Assembly: GCF_026930045.1 (NCBI RefSeq)
Contig: NC_072740.1
Coordinates: 29,556,384-29,620,383, forward strand
DNA: 64,000 bases
Source of the DNA: Uloborus diversus
Taxonomy: Eukaryota
Direction of reading: 5' to 3'
This document shows, one piece after another, positions 62,239-64,000 of this stretch (its first letter is position 1; every line of letters starts with the position of its first letter). The notes beneath the pieces were generated by a model, which was given only the letters and a program-made list of their open reading frames with translations, was not told the origin of the DNA and made no database searches. The position numbers were made by a program, and so were the translations under genes.

Positions 62239-62347
62239 GTGTCCTGTAAATTGTGTTGCTCATCATCCATATAAGCAAAATATTTCTAGTGGTCTTTGGA
62301 ATGGGTATATAGAGATATGGGATACAGTATCAATGACAAAAAAACTT
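62239..62347 (+). CDS. NWD1: NWD1-like exon, WD40 segment: (K)CPVNCVAHHPYKQNISSGLWNGYIEIWDTVSMTKKL. The gene continues beyond this exon.
   Basis: ttttAG acceptor at 62237-38; GTAAGC donor at 62348. Phase 2 in, phase 0 out. Confidence 0.7.
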
Positions 62348-62441
62348 GTAAGCTCCATTTTATTCATAAACATGTTTAAATTTTAGCTTAGAAAACCAAC
62401 CCACTGACTTTTCTTTGAAATAATTTTTTGTATTAAATATA

Positions 62442-63978
62442 CAGTGGTGGACATAATTATAAAACACCTCTCTAATTTGACAGATAGTAAAAGAAAAGAT
62501 TCATAGCCTAAAAATGTTTTGTCAAATATGTCAGAAACATCAATTTATTCTGTCATCATATATAATTATTTTATAATTATGATATTTTTTTACAATTTAA
62601 TGAAAAAATTTAAAAACATAATGGACAAAATTATAAGACACTAACTGTTTTTTCAAAATACAGTGGTTAACATAGTTAGCAGACACTATTGGTCTAAAAG
62701 AAAATCATCTAACATGGTCATTCAATATTTGGTGGAGCCGCCATTGTTTTTTATAACATAAAAGATGCAATTCGGCATTGAATCTATCAATTCTAACAAA
62801 ATATCACAAGACAGTTCTTCCCAAGCACATTTCATATTATTCTTTAGGTTTTCGATTCATATAAACTGACTCCCATTTTGGTAAACAACACGAACTAAGA
62901 TCGCCCATGGAAGAACATAGATACTTGGCTCTGAAAACCACTGTTTTGTTTCATGTGATGCATGAATCCGCTCTTTATCATGCTGAAAGTGTAGTTTCCA
63001 CCACAAGAAGTTCACCGTATATGGCTAGTTGATCTTCAAGAAAATTCTTATAGTTTTCGAAAGTCATTATCGAATGCACAAAAATAGTATCCGTTTTCCT
63101 TTGGGCCGGAAAACCAGCTCAAACCATTACTGAGCCTCCACCCATTTGGCGGCTCAGTAGTAAATGAGAAGACTTCCATAAATCATGCAAATAATATTGA
63201 AACCCATCAGGACCATCCAAGTTAAACTTTTTTTCATCAGAAAAGAGCAAAAAGTACCATTTAGAGGTCCAGGCCATAGTTTGTTTAGCAACTTTTCCAA
63301 GATCCATTTTTTTGTGCCGGCTCAGAAACAATGGTTTTTCATTTTTTTAATGTTTCACATAGGAAGCATTATGCAACACACTATGAATGGTTCTCCTTAA
63401 AAAAAGTCAGTTTCAAAGCATTTTTAATGCCTGTAGTGGTCATTTGATTCTGTATAGCGAGTAAAAGCACATGGTGTCTGTCTCTTGAGGACAAACAAGG
63501 AAACGTCTAGATCTTATAATTAGCGATCCATTAGTTCCTTTTTTCAAAATATTTCTAATTGTGCATCTAGAGCATTTAATAAATTTTATAATATGACTAA
63601 TTAAAGCACCCGTTCCATTAAATCACCGAATTTTGCAAGTTTCACATTCTTTCACTTCTGTACCTCGTGTTATGTTTGTAAATGTGTGAAATCAGTTCTG
63701 AGGTCATAACAGCATGCAGAGCATTTGCATACTGCACATTATTTTCGAAAAAATGCATGTGTTTTAATTAAAATGTTAGGTTGTCTTATAATTTTGTCCA
63801 TGGTATTTTTAAATATTTTTATTGAACTTTAACTAAATATCATTCCTGTAAAACAATTATGCATGATAACAGAATAAATTTATGTTTTTGATGTATTTGA
63901 TAAAACATTTTTAAGCTCTCAATCTTTTCTTTCACTATTTGTAAAATAACAGGTATCTTATAAATATGTCCACCACTG
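62442..63978 (-). mobile_element. Tc1-like DNA transposon, copy 3 (1537 bp), with TIRs, TA flanks and a degraded transposase
   Basis: TIR cagtggtggacataattataaaacacc at 62442, with ggtatcttataaatatgtccaccactg ending at 63978. TA at 62440-41 and 63979-80. Minus ORF 63119-63331 reads ...KWYFLLFSDEKKFNLDGPDGFQYYLHDL. Confidence 0.8.
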
Positions 63979-64000
63979 TAATGACCTTGAAGGTGCATCT

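Noticed and set aside
1-64000. A search for a novel prokaryotic-style biological system (defence island, operon, toxin-antitoxin)
   Set aside because: The sequence is unmistakably eukaryotic: GT-AG introns, tRNA-SINEs, Tc1/mariner and LINE elements, and a multi-exon NACHT-WD40 gene. No compact operon-like ORF clusters exist. The only gene is the NWD1-like gene.

Overview
This window is AT-rich (about 30% GC), intron-rich eukaryotic DNA, most likely from an invertebrate metazoan. It is not prokaryotic. I find no operons, no CRISPR array and no bacterial defence system.

Almost the whole window is occupied by one plus-strand gene. I call 18 coding exons between about 1.2 kb and 62.3 kb. All have canonical AG/GT splice sites and intron phases that agree across every junction. 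The spliced product reads as follows:
- an N-terminal DUF4062-type domain (RIFISSTFKDMHSERDLL...VDLRWGI; DLFIGIVGGRYG);
- a NACHT/STAND NTPase, with Walker A VVMFGSPGSGKTSTS, Walker B LILLIDGLD and the sensor region KLICTTSDSS;
- a helical region;
- then WD40 repeats (LKGHRDIVTCCC...SGWDNSIRLWS, and others).

This is the architecture of the NWD1/NWD2 family (NACHT and WD-repeat domain proteins). The gene is probably incomplete at its 3' end within the window. The 5' boundary of the first exon I see is uncertain.

The introns are large, up to 15 kb, and full of decayed mobile elements:
- three Tc1-like transposons with terminal inverted repeats and TA target-site duplications, all frameshifted;
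- a 5'-truncated Tc1-like remnant and a mariner-like C-terminal remnant;
- two copies of a LINE reverse-transcriptase fragment, one of them split by a nested 628-bp TA-flanked MITE;
- a family of TA-flanked MITEs with CAGT...ACTG termini;
- a foldback element with arms of about 159 bp, abutted by a 44/88-bp tandem array;
- two tRNA-derived SINE families;
- a 320-bp satellite, a degenerate roughly 115-bp array and an (AT)n microsatellite;
- an unusual number of G or C homopolymer runs of 10-16 nt.

I have no tools here. All similarity statements come from reading and aligning by eye.
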